Shown here in pieces: positions 8,843 to 18,420 of a stretch of 64,000 nt of DNA. Both the position numbers and the translations under genes were made by a program. The DNA lies in the IMG/VR virus record IMGVR_UViG_3300030385_002649, positions 1-64,000 of that record; one strand, given 5' to 3'. The first letter of the stretch is position 1, and each line of letters begins with the position of its first letter. Under the pieces are notes generated by a model, which saw only the letters and a list, made by a program, of their open reading frames with translations, was not told the origin of the DNA and did no database searches.

Positions 8843-8986
8843 AATGTTATCAAGTCACAAGATCGAGGTTGCCTTGAAGTTGATCGTGACATCATTTATA
8901 GCATTTAATACCTAGATGGGCGATAATTCAACCTCGTCGCCCTTTAAGGCGCTGACGCATTCAAATTCAACAGTCAGGAGACTACA

Positions 8987-10501
8987 ATGTCTATCTTCTC
9001 GTCTGGTCTAAGTAAAGACAAGCACAACGAGATCTTCAAGAGGGTAGTGGGTACAATCATCCCGATTCCAAGTGAATCAGGCGGCGTGATTGTCATGTGG
9101 GAGAAGGCGCGGCTCAAGATCAGCTGTATCCTTCCCCCAACCACACGAGTCTGTAAAGCCAAATGGACCAAGGTTTCAAACCGTTTCGACCAAAAGGACT
9201 TCGAGATTGACACACCCACGCTAATCATGTCAGGCACCTGTGGGTCTGACTTTGGCGGAGAAACCCCGCCGATTCCAATAGGAGAAAGCAACCGTGCTAT
9301 CGAATTCCGACGCGGGTCACACATCCGAGATAAGGTGTCGCTAGCAGCGCTTAACGTCAACGCCAAAGACCGTATCATGGTCAAGCCGTACCGACTGGCT
9401 AACGTCTACGACAACAGCAACATCTGCTGGGGAGGAAACAGCATCCCCAAAACTCTGCGAGAGGCAAACAATCTCTTCTGGAGCGCGCCGTTCAACTGCG
9501 ACTTTGGCGGGCCATTGCACGACAAGATGTGCAAAAACATCGAGCATATGAAAGATGCCGACATAGGCAACGGTTGTGGAACTGCAAGATTCGTCCACCG
9601 TCAAGCATTGCACTCGGTTTGCCAATGCAGCGAGGGCCGCGCAATACCCCCCCGCGAAGGAAGTTCTTTGTGTAGTTATTGCGGTATGATCTGGCCCGAC
9701 AAGGTTAGCCCAGAAATCGCAGAACGATCCAAAATTGTGGGTGGTCTTAACCTCTGCACTATTGGCTTATGCGACTCAATGGAATGCAGATGTCTGTGTC
9801 AGTGCTGTAGCAACAACTGTCGGTGTGTGTGCACGTGCGACCTCACTGACGCCTTCATCAAAGGTCTCAAGGATTACGCAACGTCTGATGAGAACGGCTC
9901 GCACTGGCAAGACTATTACCCTCTCGGCAGCCTGTCGTGGGAAGACTGGACTCGGCCTATCTGTGGGACACGCTACAATCGTGAAAACCCGCAGTTCATG
10001 TCGTACACCGGAAAGTGTGACGGAGTCTTCATCTCCTATGATAAGAAGTTCGTCTCTAGTCATCCTGAGGATGTCCAACGCAACCACGCTGGGCACAAGT
10101 GTATCATCGGTCTCTATACGATGACTCCGACCGGATACGAGATTGATCTTGGTAAGACTAAGATCAATCTCCCCAGCAAGAAGGTCCTCCAAGTCTACGA
10201 CATGTGGGAGACCCAAGATCAGCGCGTCGAGCGTGAGAACGAAGAATACCGTGTTCGTCAAGAACAAGAACGTGTCCGAGCGGCCCAACTTCGTGAAGAA
10301 CGACTCGCGCTCGTGCAATTGCGACGAATCCGAGACGATAAGGCACGAGCGATTGTCGCCAAGAGTGTTGCTGATACGGAACTCGCCGAGGACAAGGATG
10401 CACTTAGCATCTATACGAATTATTTCCTAAGGTTGGAAAACGCGGCAGTCATCGACGCGATGATCACTGCCGACGAACGACCCATCACTTATCAATACTA
10501 A
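8987..10501 (+). CDS. Prokaryotic E2-like protein (Prok-E2_D/PRTRC-B-like) fused to a Cys-rich cluster and a C-terminal coiled coil
   Basis: YRLANVYDNSNICWG...NLFWSAPFNCDF matches the prokaryotic E2-family pattern with the putative catalytic Cys; gene context. Confidence 0.7.
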   Translation: MSIFSSGLSKDKHNEIFKRVVGTIIPIPSESGGVIVMWEKARLKISCILPPTTRVCKAKWTKVSNRFDQKDFEIDTPTLIMSGTCGSDFGGETPPIPIGESNRAIEFRRGSHIRDKVSLAALNVNAKDRIMVKPYRLANVYDNSNICWGGNSIPKTLREANNLFWSAPFNCDFGGPLHDKMCKNIEHMKDADIGNGCGTARFVHRQALHSVCQCSEGRAIPPREGSSLCSYCGMIWPDKVSPEIAERSKIVGGLNLCTIGLCDSMECRCLCQCCSNNCRCVCTCDLTDAFIKGLKDYATSDENGSHWQDYYPLGSLSWEDWTRPICGTRYNRENPQFMSYTGKCDGVFISYDKKFVSSHPEDVQRNHAGHKCIIGLYTMTPTGYEIDLGKTKINLPSKKVLQVYDMWETQDQRVERENEEYRVRQEQERVRAAQLREERLALVQLRRIRDDKARAIVAKSVADTELAEDKDALSIYTNYFLRLENAAVIDAMITADERPITYQY

Positions 10502-10510
10502 GGATAACCA

Positions 10511-11962
10511 ATGTATTATGGTGACGAAGATTCTTATTTCGCAGAGTATTTTGATCATGGGCATGGCGCCCCTAAAAGTGGGAGCACTAACGTGAGCAAC
10601 ACAGAACCTGACAAGTCGAAAGCCGTCTGGCTAAACCGAGGCAACCGGAAGAAGGAACTCCCTCTTCCGTCTGAGATGGCAAACTTCGTCCGAGCCGAGG
10701 ACGGATGTTATGAAGTCATCAGTTCATCGGCGTGGGGTTCGGTAATTATCTCAGTCCGTGACCCTGATGCTAACACCAAGCTCACCCATCACGACAGGAA
10801 GGGAATCAAGCTGATTGACGACTTCCCAGTCCTCCCTAAGGAGCTGTGGGGTCCGATCATCGGATTGTACTTCCACTATTGCAAGCCGCCCAAGAATCAG
10901 TGGGCGAAGAGCGACGATAACGAGGTCAGTGTCGTCCTCCTGCGTCGGATGGATGACCTTTCCAAGTGGAAGGTTGTCGTGCCTAAGCAAATCGTTGATG
11001 GCGCGTCAGTTCGTGCCGACTTCGAGGAGTGCTGCGACATTGTGACCGGTGAGAAGTATGACAGCTTCCCCCCGATTGACAAGGACGATGACGGCAACGA
11101 TGTCTTTTGGGTCCACGCTGGTTCGTCTCACAGTCACAACACAATGGGAGCCTTCTTCTCCTCAACGGACGATGAATCTGAGCTTGGGGTGCCTGGCATG
11201 CACATCGTGGTTGGAAAGATTGACAACAAGAAGGGTGAGTATTGCCCTAAGGCGAGCATCGTTCTCCGAGGCGAGCGTAAGGAGATCGATATTGACGACG
11301 TTGTTGATACGACCCCTTTCAGTGCTGAATTCCACAAGAACTGTCTGGAGTTGGTGACTGAGAAATCGTACTCTTACAACACCACGCCGTACAGTTCTAA
11401 TCGGTATGGCAGTTACAATGGAGGGTACAATGGAGGGTACAACACGACGCCGATTTCTCGGCCTCTGTTCTTGACCGGTGGTCCGATTGATCAGGTTTGG
11501 GTGCCTGATGCTGAGTGGGACAACAAGAACAATTGTTGGACCTATGAGGGTCTTTTGGAGGGCTTTGACGTGGTTACCACGGTCGGCGAGACTGAGTATA
11601 TTGGTCGCGTCACCAAACATGATCTGCTCGGCCTCGGCATCAAGACTGGTACACATAACGGAGTCGAGCACTTTGTTGGATGGGCTAAGCTCAAGACTAC
11701 GGAAGTCCAGGAGTACGACTACGTTGAGTCAGCCTTAGAGGATACTGACGCCATGCTTCCCGTTCTTGATGAGGACGAAAATGAGTTTGGTATCTGGGGT
11801 TATCCTTCCTTACAATTGGCGGATGAGGAGGAAACTGCCAATCTAACAAGACAAAATCTTGATAAGAAGCACGAGGAAAGAGCGCTCACGCGACGTGAAG
11901 CTCTCGCGCAGCTTATCGGCAACCGCCGCCCTAACCCGAACATGCAACCTCCAATCGTTTAG
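10511..11962 (+). CDS. JAB/JAMM metallopeptidase (deubiquitinase-like, PRTRC-A-like) with N- and C-terminal extensions
   Basis: Exact HxH-x7-S-x2-D motif HSHNTMGAFFSSTD, upstream Glu in DNEVSVVL, downstream MHIVVGKI. Confidence 0.85.
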   Translation: MYYGDEDSYFAEYFDHGHGAPKSGSTNVSNTEPDKSKAVWLNRGNRKKELPLPSEMANFVRAEDGCYEVISSSAWGSVIISVRDPDANTKLTHHDRKGIKLIDDFPVLPKELWGPIIGLYFHYCKPPKNQWAKSDDNEVSVVLLRRMDDLSKWKVVVPKQIVDGASVRADFEECCDIVTGEKYDSFPPIDKDDDGNDVFWVHAGSSHSHNTMGAFFSSTDDESELGVPGMHIVVGKIDNKKGEYCPKASIVLRGERKEIDIDDVVDTTPFSAEFHKNCLELVTEKSYSYNTTPYSSNRYGSYNGGYNGGYNTTPISRPLFLTGGPIDQVWVPDAEWDNKNNCWTYEGLLEGFDVVTTVGETEYIGRVTKHDLLGLGIKTGTHNGVEHFVGWAKLKTTEVQEYDYVESALEDTDAMLPVLDEDENEFGIWGYPSLQLADEEETANLTRQNLDKKHEERALTRREALAQLIGNRRPNPNMQPPIV

Positions 11963-11971
11963 GAGAATACT

Positions 11972-12718
11972 ATGAAAATCGACCACGCAATCATTATCGG
12001 AGCCGGTGGTACTGGCTCACACCTCATCGAACCCCTCGTCCGACTGCTGCATTATCATGAGGATGGCACCAAGTCAATCACTGTTATCGATGGTGACCAG
12101 TACGAGGACTCCAACTCGACCCGCCAACTGTTCAGCAAAGAACTGATGGGGGTCAACAAGGCCGAGGCCCAGGGTCGCAAGATTGACTTCGCTGAGCTTC
12201 GGATCGTCCCAGAGTACGTCAACGACCTCAAGATGCGACGCGTCATGAACGAGATCGGAGCCGCTGAAGACGACATGATCCTTCTGATCCTTGCGGTGGA
12301 CAACCATGCCACCCGCAGCGCGGTCATGAAGATGTTGACGAGCGATGAATACCAGAACTTCGCTGTCCTATCACCGGGCAACGATTTCAGCCACGGCCAA
12401 GTGGTGTGTTGGGCTCGCATCAATGGGGAGGACAAGACTCAGCACCCGTTCGAGAGATACCCGCTCCTTGAATTCCCCGAGGACAACATTCCTGGGTTGG
12501 GTTGCGCGGAGGAAGCTGTTAGCACTCCTCAGTTGATCATGGCCAACGCTCTGGCAGCGGTCTCGACCAATCTCTACGTGTCTAACATCTTGGATAACAA
12601 GCCGATCCCTGATGAGATCCACTTCAACGTGTATAGCCTCAAGATTGTCCCGTCCGAGGGCACTGAGGTCATTCTCGCCTTAGAAACTGGCGAAACCTCC
12701 GAAGTCCTAGCTGGATGA
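11972..12718 (+). CDS. ThiF/E1-family Ubl-activating enzyme
   Basis: IIGAGGTG, DGDQYEDSNSTRQ, NKAEA, AVDNHATR, putative catalytic Cys in GLGCAEE, QLIMAN. Confidence 0.9.
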   Translation: MKIDHAIIIGAGGTGSHLIEPLVRLLHYHEDGTKSITVIDGDQYEDSNSTRQLFSKELMGVNKAEAQGRKIDFAELRIVPEYVNDLKMRRVMNEIGAAEDDMILLILAVDNHATRSAVMKMLTSDEYQNFAVLSPGNDFSHGQVVCWARINGEDKTQHPFERYPLLEFPEDNIPGLGCAEEAVSTPQLIMANALAAVSTNLYVSNILDNKPIPDEIHFNVYSLKIVPSEGTEVILALETGETSEVLAG

Positions 12719-12918
12719 CTGAGGCTCAGTTTGCCTGCCAGGTGGCTGAAATCCTGGCGGGCATGGGGAGGGACGATCTGGACGACAACGGAGTCGTCCT
12801 TCCTTTTCGGGGCCTTTCTCGTCCTGCTGTCCAAATTGTGGACAATTTAGTTACGGTTGTCGTTCAAGATAACGGCGGACAACCACAAACCTTTCAACTC
12901 CACGCTAAAAAGCTCTAG
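12715..12918 (+). CDS. Hypothetical protein coupled to E1
   Basis: ATGA overlap with the E1 stop. Confidence 0.6.
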   Translation: MTEAQFACQVAEILAGMGRDDLDDNGVVLPFRGLSRPAVQIVDNLVTVVVQDNGGQPQTFQLHAKKL

Positions 12919-12926
12919 GAGGATTT

Positions 12927-14426
12927 ATGACGACTGTTACTCAAAAGACCAAGAAAGCGCTAATTCCGGGCCTCAAAACGGAAGAAACCCCGCCACCCTT
13001 GCCTGCTCCACTCCCTGCTTTGCCTGGCTCGGTTGGCGCTAATTCTTCCACGTTCGGCAGGCATAAGGTTAACTATGAGCAGTTGCTGCTCATGGATACG
13101 CCGAAGTTCGTCGCAACTGGGAAAAACAATTACATCCAAAAAAACGCAATAGTTCACGTGACTGGTATCTCCGGTTGTGGGATGTACAAAACGTTCTTCT
13201 TCAAGGGCAAGCCCAAATGGGCTTATGCGAACGGCCTAACGCCGGTCTTTGAGGGCAAGCCTGAAGAGACCTATGAGAAGGAGCTTGGTGAGCACGAGGT
13301 CGGTCATCAAAAACTCGACCTCTATGCTGGATTTACTAATGGTGTCCCTAACGCAGTCGTTGGTTCCATAGCTAAGGGAACTCGAATCAACGTAGTCGAC
13401 GAAACCTCGTGTGGTTTATGGAAGGCGCTCTATAGGGAAGGTCAGAAGCTGTGGGTCTACTCCGCAGGGTTGATCCTAGTGATCAACGCAACCGCTGATG
13501 GTTGCCAGACCAGCAAAATCCGCACCTTCGAAGTAGACGGGGTTAAGTACGTAGTCAAGGATGGTGCACCTTACAAGAAGGTCGACAAGAGTGGTCAGCC
13601 TGGCGACTATTTCCTTCAACGGATGACGGTTGAGGACACTATGGAAGTTCTGCGCAAGCGTAAGGTGGCTATGGCCTTGTCAGGCGAGAAACCGATGATC
13701 GAAATCCCAAAGGTCATCGAGGAAGTGAAGGGCGCTCGGACGCCTAAACCTCTAACCACATTGGAGAAAGCTTTCATCCAGGAATGGAAGGGTAAGATAA
13801 ACCGAATCGTCGGAAAGCTCAGCGATGAAGCTTTCGTGACGGTTTTGTTGACCTTGGTGCCGAAGGGTAGCAGGCTCAACAAAGTGAAGGTGATGCACGG
13901 TCTCCTGGGCGATAGGTCTCCTTCTATGCGAGCGTGTCACAAGGCTATCAGTGGGGCGGTGGATATCCCTAACATCACTCTCCCTGAGAAGGTAGCTGGT
14001 CCTCTCTTCGGCCCTCTAGCTAAGGCGACAGCTACCAAGAAGCTGGAGCTTAAGGTTAGCGAACTCGAGCTTAAACTTGCTCAGGCGGAGCATAGGCTTG
14101 CTCAGGCGGAGCAGACCAACTATGGTGGCGTCCGTGAGGGTACGGTCACTGAACTGGAGACCACTAAAGGCAAGCTGACAGCGGCGTACATTGATATCGT
14201 AGACGTTCTGGCTGTCCAAGCTCAGGTCATCGAATTCGTCCAGGATAGCCTGGATGGGCTATTGAGTATCGGGGCTCTTGGTACTGGTGACGATGCGAAC
14301 GAACTCCGCAAGTCGTTTGCTTTCCTTCGTCGGACGCTGTCTAATGAGCAGAGTCGGGCTGAAGATTTGGAGGCTCATTCCAAGAAGTACTTGGAGGAGC
14401 ACCTTGGTTGCGATGAAGACTGGTAG
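12927..14426 (+). CDS. Protein with two SH3b-like repeats and a C-terminal coiled coil
   Basis: Internal repeats IQKNAIVHVTGISGCGMYKTFFFKGKPKWAYANGL / IAKGTRINVVDETSCGLWKALYREGQKLWVYSAGL; AGGAGG RBS. Confidence 0.6.
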   Translation: MTTVTQKTKKALIPGLKTEETPPPLPAPLPALPGSVGANSSTFGRHKVNYEQLLLMDTPKFVATGKNNYIQKNAIVHVTGISGCGMYKTFFFKGKPKWAYANGLTPVFEGKPEETYEKELGEHEVGHQKLDLYAGFTNGVPNAVVGSIAKGTRINVVDETSCGLWKALYREGQKLWVYSAGLILVINATADGCQTSKIRTFEVDGVKYVVKDGAPYKKVDKSGQPGDYFLQRMTVEDTMEVLRKRKVAMALSGEKPMIEIPKVIEEVKGARTPKPLTTLEKAFIQEWKGKINRIVGKLSDEAFVTVLLTLVPKGSRLNKVKVMHGLLGDRSPSMRACHKAISGAVDIPNITLPEKVAGPLFGPLAKATATKKLELKVSELELKLAQAEHRLAQAEQTNYGGVREGTVTELETTKGKLTAAYIDIVDVLAVQAQVIEFVQDSLDGLLSIGALGTGDDANELRKSFAFLRRTLSNEQSRAEDLEAHSKKYLEEHLGCDEDW

Positions 14427-14439
14427 GACTTAGCTTCCT

Positions 14440-14466
14440 AGTCCCGGGCAAGACTATAAACTGCCC
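14440..14466 (+). ncRNA. Putative H-type pseudoknot motif, copy 1
   Basis: AGTCC-CGGGCA-AGACT-ATAAAC-TGCCC; recurs at 23346 and 46442. Confidence 0.55.
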
Positions 14467-14481
14467 CTCGAAAGATAAATT

Positions 14482-14952
14482 ATGATAGAATATATCAAAG
14501 ATAACCTTGCTTTCACGACAGTATGTCTTGCTATGGCGTCAATTTTTTGTTTCAATATGGCTAGGCGTGTTGAAGTGAGAAGTACAGCGGACATTTTTAA
14601 GACTTCTCAGCCGATCCAGTACGATGACGTTTTCACTCTTGAAGAAAGATCTAAGATCTCGCGGTCGATCAAGTTGAATTTGCACGTTTGGCAGACTGAC
14701 TTCAATCAACCCATGCGGCGGACTAACATTAAGGTTGTCCGTGAGCTGTTTTTACACCCTGATACGGGTCAGTTGCTTGAGGGCTTGTACATCGATGATA
14801 GAAACATCGTCGTGTGGGCTGGTAAGAGTATGGAGGTTCCTGCTCTTTATCATGAGTTCTGTCACATGTACGACCATACGAAAGGGCACGCCAACCCTAA
14901 GTGGCCTGAGTGGGATGCCCGTGGCGATAGGATTGCTGGGATAGCGAGATGA
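14482..14952 (+). CDS. Membrane-anchored putative zinc metallopeptidase
   Basis: N-terminal hydrophobic helix; HExxH motif ALYHEFCH. Confidence 0.55.
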   Translation: MIEYIKDNLAFTTVCLAMASIFCFNMARRVEVRSTADIFKTSQPIQYDDVFTLEERSKISRSIKLNLHVWQTDFNQPMRRTNIKVVRELFLHPDTGQLLEGLYIDDRNIVVWAGKSMEVPALYHEFCHMYDHTKGHANPKWPEWDARGDRIAGIAR

Positions 14953-15461
14953 CCGAAAAGCCACAGGAGCAGGGAAAAGACCTTGTTGAGTGGCTAATTG
15001 AGAGCAGGATGACAAAGGATCAGCCCAATGCGTGTCCGGAGTGTGGGGAAACGGAGACAGGCGTCACTTTTATGCGGTTCGATTGTTTGAACCCTGGTTG
15101 TAAGCACTTTGCTGAGTATCTTGCAACTGATTGGTTGAATAACTTGGTGTATGCTGAGCCACAGTGGGGTCGCATCAGTCGTGAGACTCATGTTGATTTA
15201 ACGAAGAAGTGGACTCAGACCAAGTATCTCGGTTTGTATATTAATCGGGAAGAGGGTGTTGTCTGGGACCTTTGGTACGCTGAGTGGTGGGGCGGCAAGA
15301 TGTTGGTCGCTAATGCGGCGACTGGTGGTCGTGATCAAATTGATCTTGAACATGCTGATGGGTATCTTGCGGATGAGAATACGCGTAGGTATAAGCCTCA
15401 GGTTATTAATTTGATCAACCGTTGGAAGTTCAGCGTGAGGTTCAGGGAACTAGACCTTTGA
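14949..15461 (+). CDS. Hypothetical protein with Zn-ribbon
   Basis: CPECG...CLNPGC. Confidence 0.65.
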   Translation: MTEKPQEQGKDLVEWLIESRMTKDQPNACPECGETETGVTFMRFDCLNPGCKHFAEYLATDWLNNLVYAEPQWGRISRETHVDLTKKWTQTKYLGLYINREEGVVWDLWYAEWWGGKMLVANAATGGRDQIDLEHADGYLADENTRRYKPQVINLINRWKFSVRFRELDL

Positions 15462-15487
15462 GTTAGCCAAGTGGTGCGGGGGTCGTT

Positions 15488-15670
15488 ATGGGGAAATTAA
15501 AATTTAAATCTGTCAAGCAGGTATATAACTTGAAACCTGGAGAGTTGAACTCTGTCCTTGAAACGGACGGCTTGAATATCAAAATCAAGTGTGGAACTGA
15601 TGCCTGCATTGCGGCTCGGATCCTGAGAGTTTTAGCTTCAAGAATTGATCAAGCTAGAAATGAACACTAA
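15488..15670 (+). CDS. Hypothetical protein
   Basis: ORF track. Confidence 0.5.
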   Translation: MGKLKFKSVKQVYNLKPGELNSVLETDGLNIKIKCGTDACIAARILRVLASRIDQARNEH

Positions 15671-15876
15671 ATCGAGGAGACTAAGGTTTTATGATGTTGT
15701 GTTCAATTTGGGCTTGTTCCCACTGATTACTGCTTATGCGCTTTTTAAGTCGGGGGTGTTCTCTGACTTGGTGTATGGGTGGTTCGCAATATCCTCGATT
15801 GTGGTCCTAGTTCGGGTCGCAATCTTGGATTCTCGCCTGGCTCGTTGAGCCAACAGTTCTGTAGGAGGACTTTTTT

Positions 15877-16272
15877 ATGACTACTAGCAGCAACCATCTT
15901 TCCGTTCAGGATGCTCAGAACCTTGCCCGCCAGTTTTCGTCTCAGATTCAGGAGAACCAGCGCTTGCGCGATATCGTTCACACCCAGCAGGAGTCAACCT
16001 CCGGCTTGTACGAGACGAACTTTCGCGCGGCCTCGGATCGAACGAACCTGGAGCGTCAACTTCGGGAGACTCAGGGTGCCTTGGAGGCTGCGCGTTTCGA
16101 CGCTGATGCCACTAAGACTCTCATGAAGCGTAAGGAGGAGAACGCAGCACCGGTCGCTAAGACCAGCCGCTTCTCCAGCATTAAGCGAATCGGTCTCGGC
16201 CTTTTCTTTATTGCTCCGTACGCCTACCTGGGCGTGCAGGCTCTGCTCACCCAGACCACTCTGCTCGGTTAA
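15877..16272 (+). CDS. Coiled-coil protein with C-terminal membrane anchor
   Basis: AGGAGG RBS; C-terminal IGLGLFFIAPYAYLGV. Confidence 0.7.
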   Translation: MTTSSNHLSVQDAQNLARQFSSQIQENQRLRDIVHTQQESTSGLYETNFRAASDRTNLERQLRETQGALEAARFDADATKTLMKRKEENAAPVAKTSRFSSIKRIGLGLFFIAPYAYLGVQALLTQTTLLG

Positions 16273-16281
16273 CAGTTGAGG

Positions 16282-16313
16282 GGCGGGGAGAGGGGTTTTC
16301 CCCTCTCCCCGCC
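16282..16313 (+). terminator. 14-bp stem hairpin
   Basis: GGCGGGGAGAGGGG-TTTT-CCCCTCTCCCCGCC just after the stop. Confidence 0.6.
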
Positions 16314-16334
16314 ACCAACCACCAACCACCAACC
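16314..16334 (+). repeat. 7-bp tandem repeat (ACCAACC)x3
   Basis: Directly visible, abutting the hairpin. Confidence 0.9.
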
Positions 16335-16595
16335 ACAAATCGCATGATTCACGTGTGAATAAGGTCATGATCGAGATTGATGTTCACCCTGATGACTGAA
16401 AAAGAACGCCTTGTTCAGGAACTCCTGGATCTAGGCGGCTCCCTTCGACAAGAGAAGTTGGTCGAGCGAAGAAATCACGCCCGCTGAGATGCTGGCAATG
16501 CTAGAAAAAGACGCGGATCGTACCGATGATGAAGTGATTGGAAAGCTCCATGACTTCATCTATGTGTGGGATCTGCTAAGACAAGAAATGGAGAA

Positions 16596-17012
16596 ATGAT
16601 GAAAATCAAGCTAGACTTCAATAAGGACGATGGCAACTTCGTCGCCCCCATGCGACCATCGCCTAACAACAACTTGATTCAAGCGTGCGATTACATATAC
16701 TTGTGTCTCAAAGGCACGAGAGGAATGTTAGGGCTTGGAAAACGAGTTCAGGCATTCCGATTGACCATCCGGGATGGGGATGACCAACCTAAGAACTGGC
16801 CTGACAAGAAACCAGGATACGGTTGCAATTGGATTTGTGTCGATCTGATGCAATCCGTTGAAGGAGAAATTGTGATCGACACTATTGGGAACATGCGTTT
16901 CCTCGATGTGAATTGGGTGACTGACCAAATTCTGAGAAAGTTGTTTCCACAGCTAGATATTGTGGGCAGACGAGTCAAGATCTGGATTAAAGTCAGCAAG
17001 AAGCGAAAGTGA
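16596..17012 (+). CDS. Hypothetical protein
   Basis: GGAG RBS, ORF track. Confidence 0.65.
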   Translation: MMKIKLDFNKDDGNFVAPMRPSPNNNLIQACDYIYLCLKGTRGMLGLGKRVQAFRLTIRDGDDQPKNWPDKKPGYGCNWICVDLMQSVEGEIVIDTIGNMRFLDVNWVTDQILRKLFPQLDIVGRRVKIWIKVSKKRK

Positions 17013-17233
17013 TTGGCTGGCATGTATATCACAAGGATCAACCCGCTCATTGGTATTCGAAAACCGGCTTAAGCTGGTGCAAGCGATGGCGCGGTTCCGG
17101 CACACAATCCAGGGCTCCTGATTTTGTGTGCGAGGATTGCGCCGACCCTTGGCACAAAATCAAGTTCGGTTGGGCTCGACTGAAACAAAAAGCCAGATGG
17201 CTAAGGAGTAAACTCCGTGACAAGCGAGAATAA
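17009..17233 (+). CDS. Hypothetical protein
   Basis: GTGA overlap. Confidence 0.5.
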   Translation: MIGWHVYHKDQPAHWYSKTGLSWCKRWRGSGTQSRAPDFVCEDCADPWHKIKFGWARLKQKARWLRSKLRDKRE

Positions 17234-17492
17234 CGATAAGGCCGATGTTTTCAAGATCGATAAAGGGAGATGGTATCATATTCACTTCCTCTTGAAGATC
17301 CTCTATAGTGTCGTCTTCGAGTTAACGTTCGTATTTGCCGCTCCGATGATCGTGAGCGCGGTTCTTTTAGCTCTAGCGGTGGTGGCAGCTATTATGGTCG
17401 TCGTCGGCGGCGTGCTAATACCCTTTGCAGGGCCATATATCGTTTATCACGAAGTATGGTGCCCTCCAATCGAGGAAACCACAGAGTTATGA
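17217..17492 (+). CDS. Hypothetical membrane protein
   Basis: Long hydrophobic stretch. Confidence 0.6.
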   Translation: MTSENNDKADVFKIDKGRWYHIHFLLKILYSVVFELTFVFAAPMIVSAVLLALAVVAAIMVVVGGVLIPFAGPYIVYHEVWCPPIEETTEL

Positions 17493-17638
17493 AAAACAAA
17501 ATCAAGGAGATGATTTGGAAGAGTTGCTGCGTCATTGAGAACTTCTTCACGAAGTTGGACTTTAGCGAACAATTCCTGGTCATGTTTCCTTTTATCGTTT
17601 TACTTTTATACGCCCTCAGCTTTATCGGATAGGAACAA

Positions 17639-17893
17639 ATGGATATTTCATTGATCCAAAACATGGAGACGAGAACAGAGAAGATCAGAATTTTCTGGCC
17701 CGCTAGTGGGGACTCGTCTAAGAAGATTAGAGGCCCAGTACTTCTCATGACCGAAAGCGGTCACTGGATTGAAGAAGGACGACCAAGCGCTAGGTATAGC
17801 AAGATTAACGAGCTGATAACCTACCTTGCTGATTTCGAAGAAGCCAAAAGGCTCAAAATCTGGAACGATTCGTTCGCTGCTAGTGGGATTTAA
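17639..17893 (+). CDS. Hypothetical protein
   Basis: ORF track. Confidence 0.55.
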   Translation: MDISLIQNMETRTEKIRIFWPASGDSSKKIRGPVLLMTESGHWIEEGRPSARYSKINELITYLADFEEAKRLKIWNDSFAASGI

Positions 17894-17898
17894 TCCCT

Positions 17899-18171
17899 AT
17901 GTCGCGTGAAGACATAGACGGTTTCCCATATGAGCCAGGCTCGTATGAGTTCACTTCAAAACATTCTCCGAGATGGGTAGGAGTCATCATAAATTCTGAC
18001 AAGTATGCGCATGAAGTAGTTCGAGGGATTATCACTTATTGCCCAGAGGGGTTCACCCAGTATTCGGCCGGTAGTCCAGTGTCTCTGCTCTTGAGCGACC
18101 TAAGACGTCATGACAGAAATGTTAGCGACCTACAACAACCAAAGGACCTTTTTAATGTCAACTTTTCTTAG
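17899..18171 (+). CDS. Hypothetical protein, paralog of 20171..20461
   Basis: Shared YxPGxYxFT...PxW...PEG pattern. Confidence 0.65.
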   Translation: MSREDIDGFPYEPGSYEFTSKHSPRWVGVIINSDKYAHEVVRGIITYCPEGFTQYSAGSPVSLLLSDLRRHDRNVSDLQQPKDLFNVNFS

Positions 18172-18420
18172 CAATCAGGTGGATCCAGCCTCTACCTGTG
18201 AGAAGTGTGAAGGTTACACGGAAATCCCTAAGGCTTGGGTGTCGATCTATCCCCCGAGGATGTGCACTTGCCAGCCAAGTGGGGACAACGCATTGGTCGA
18301 CTGGGAAGCCAGAGCTAAGCGAGCCGAAAAAGAACTCAGAACAATGATCAGGGATCACGATGACTGCGGGTGTATGACTTGTCGATTCGCTGGCGTCTAC
18401 CTAAGAGAACTAACACCCAA

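Noticed and set aside
11972-12718. ThiF/MoeB as a thiamine or molybdopterin biosynthesis gene
   Set aside because: No thi/moa/moe genes nearby, no C-terminal CxxC zinc pair, and the neighbours are E2 and JAB genes.
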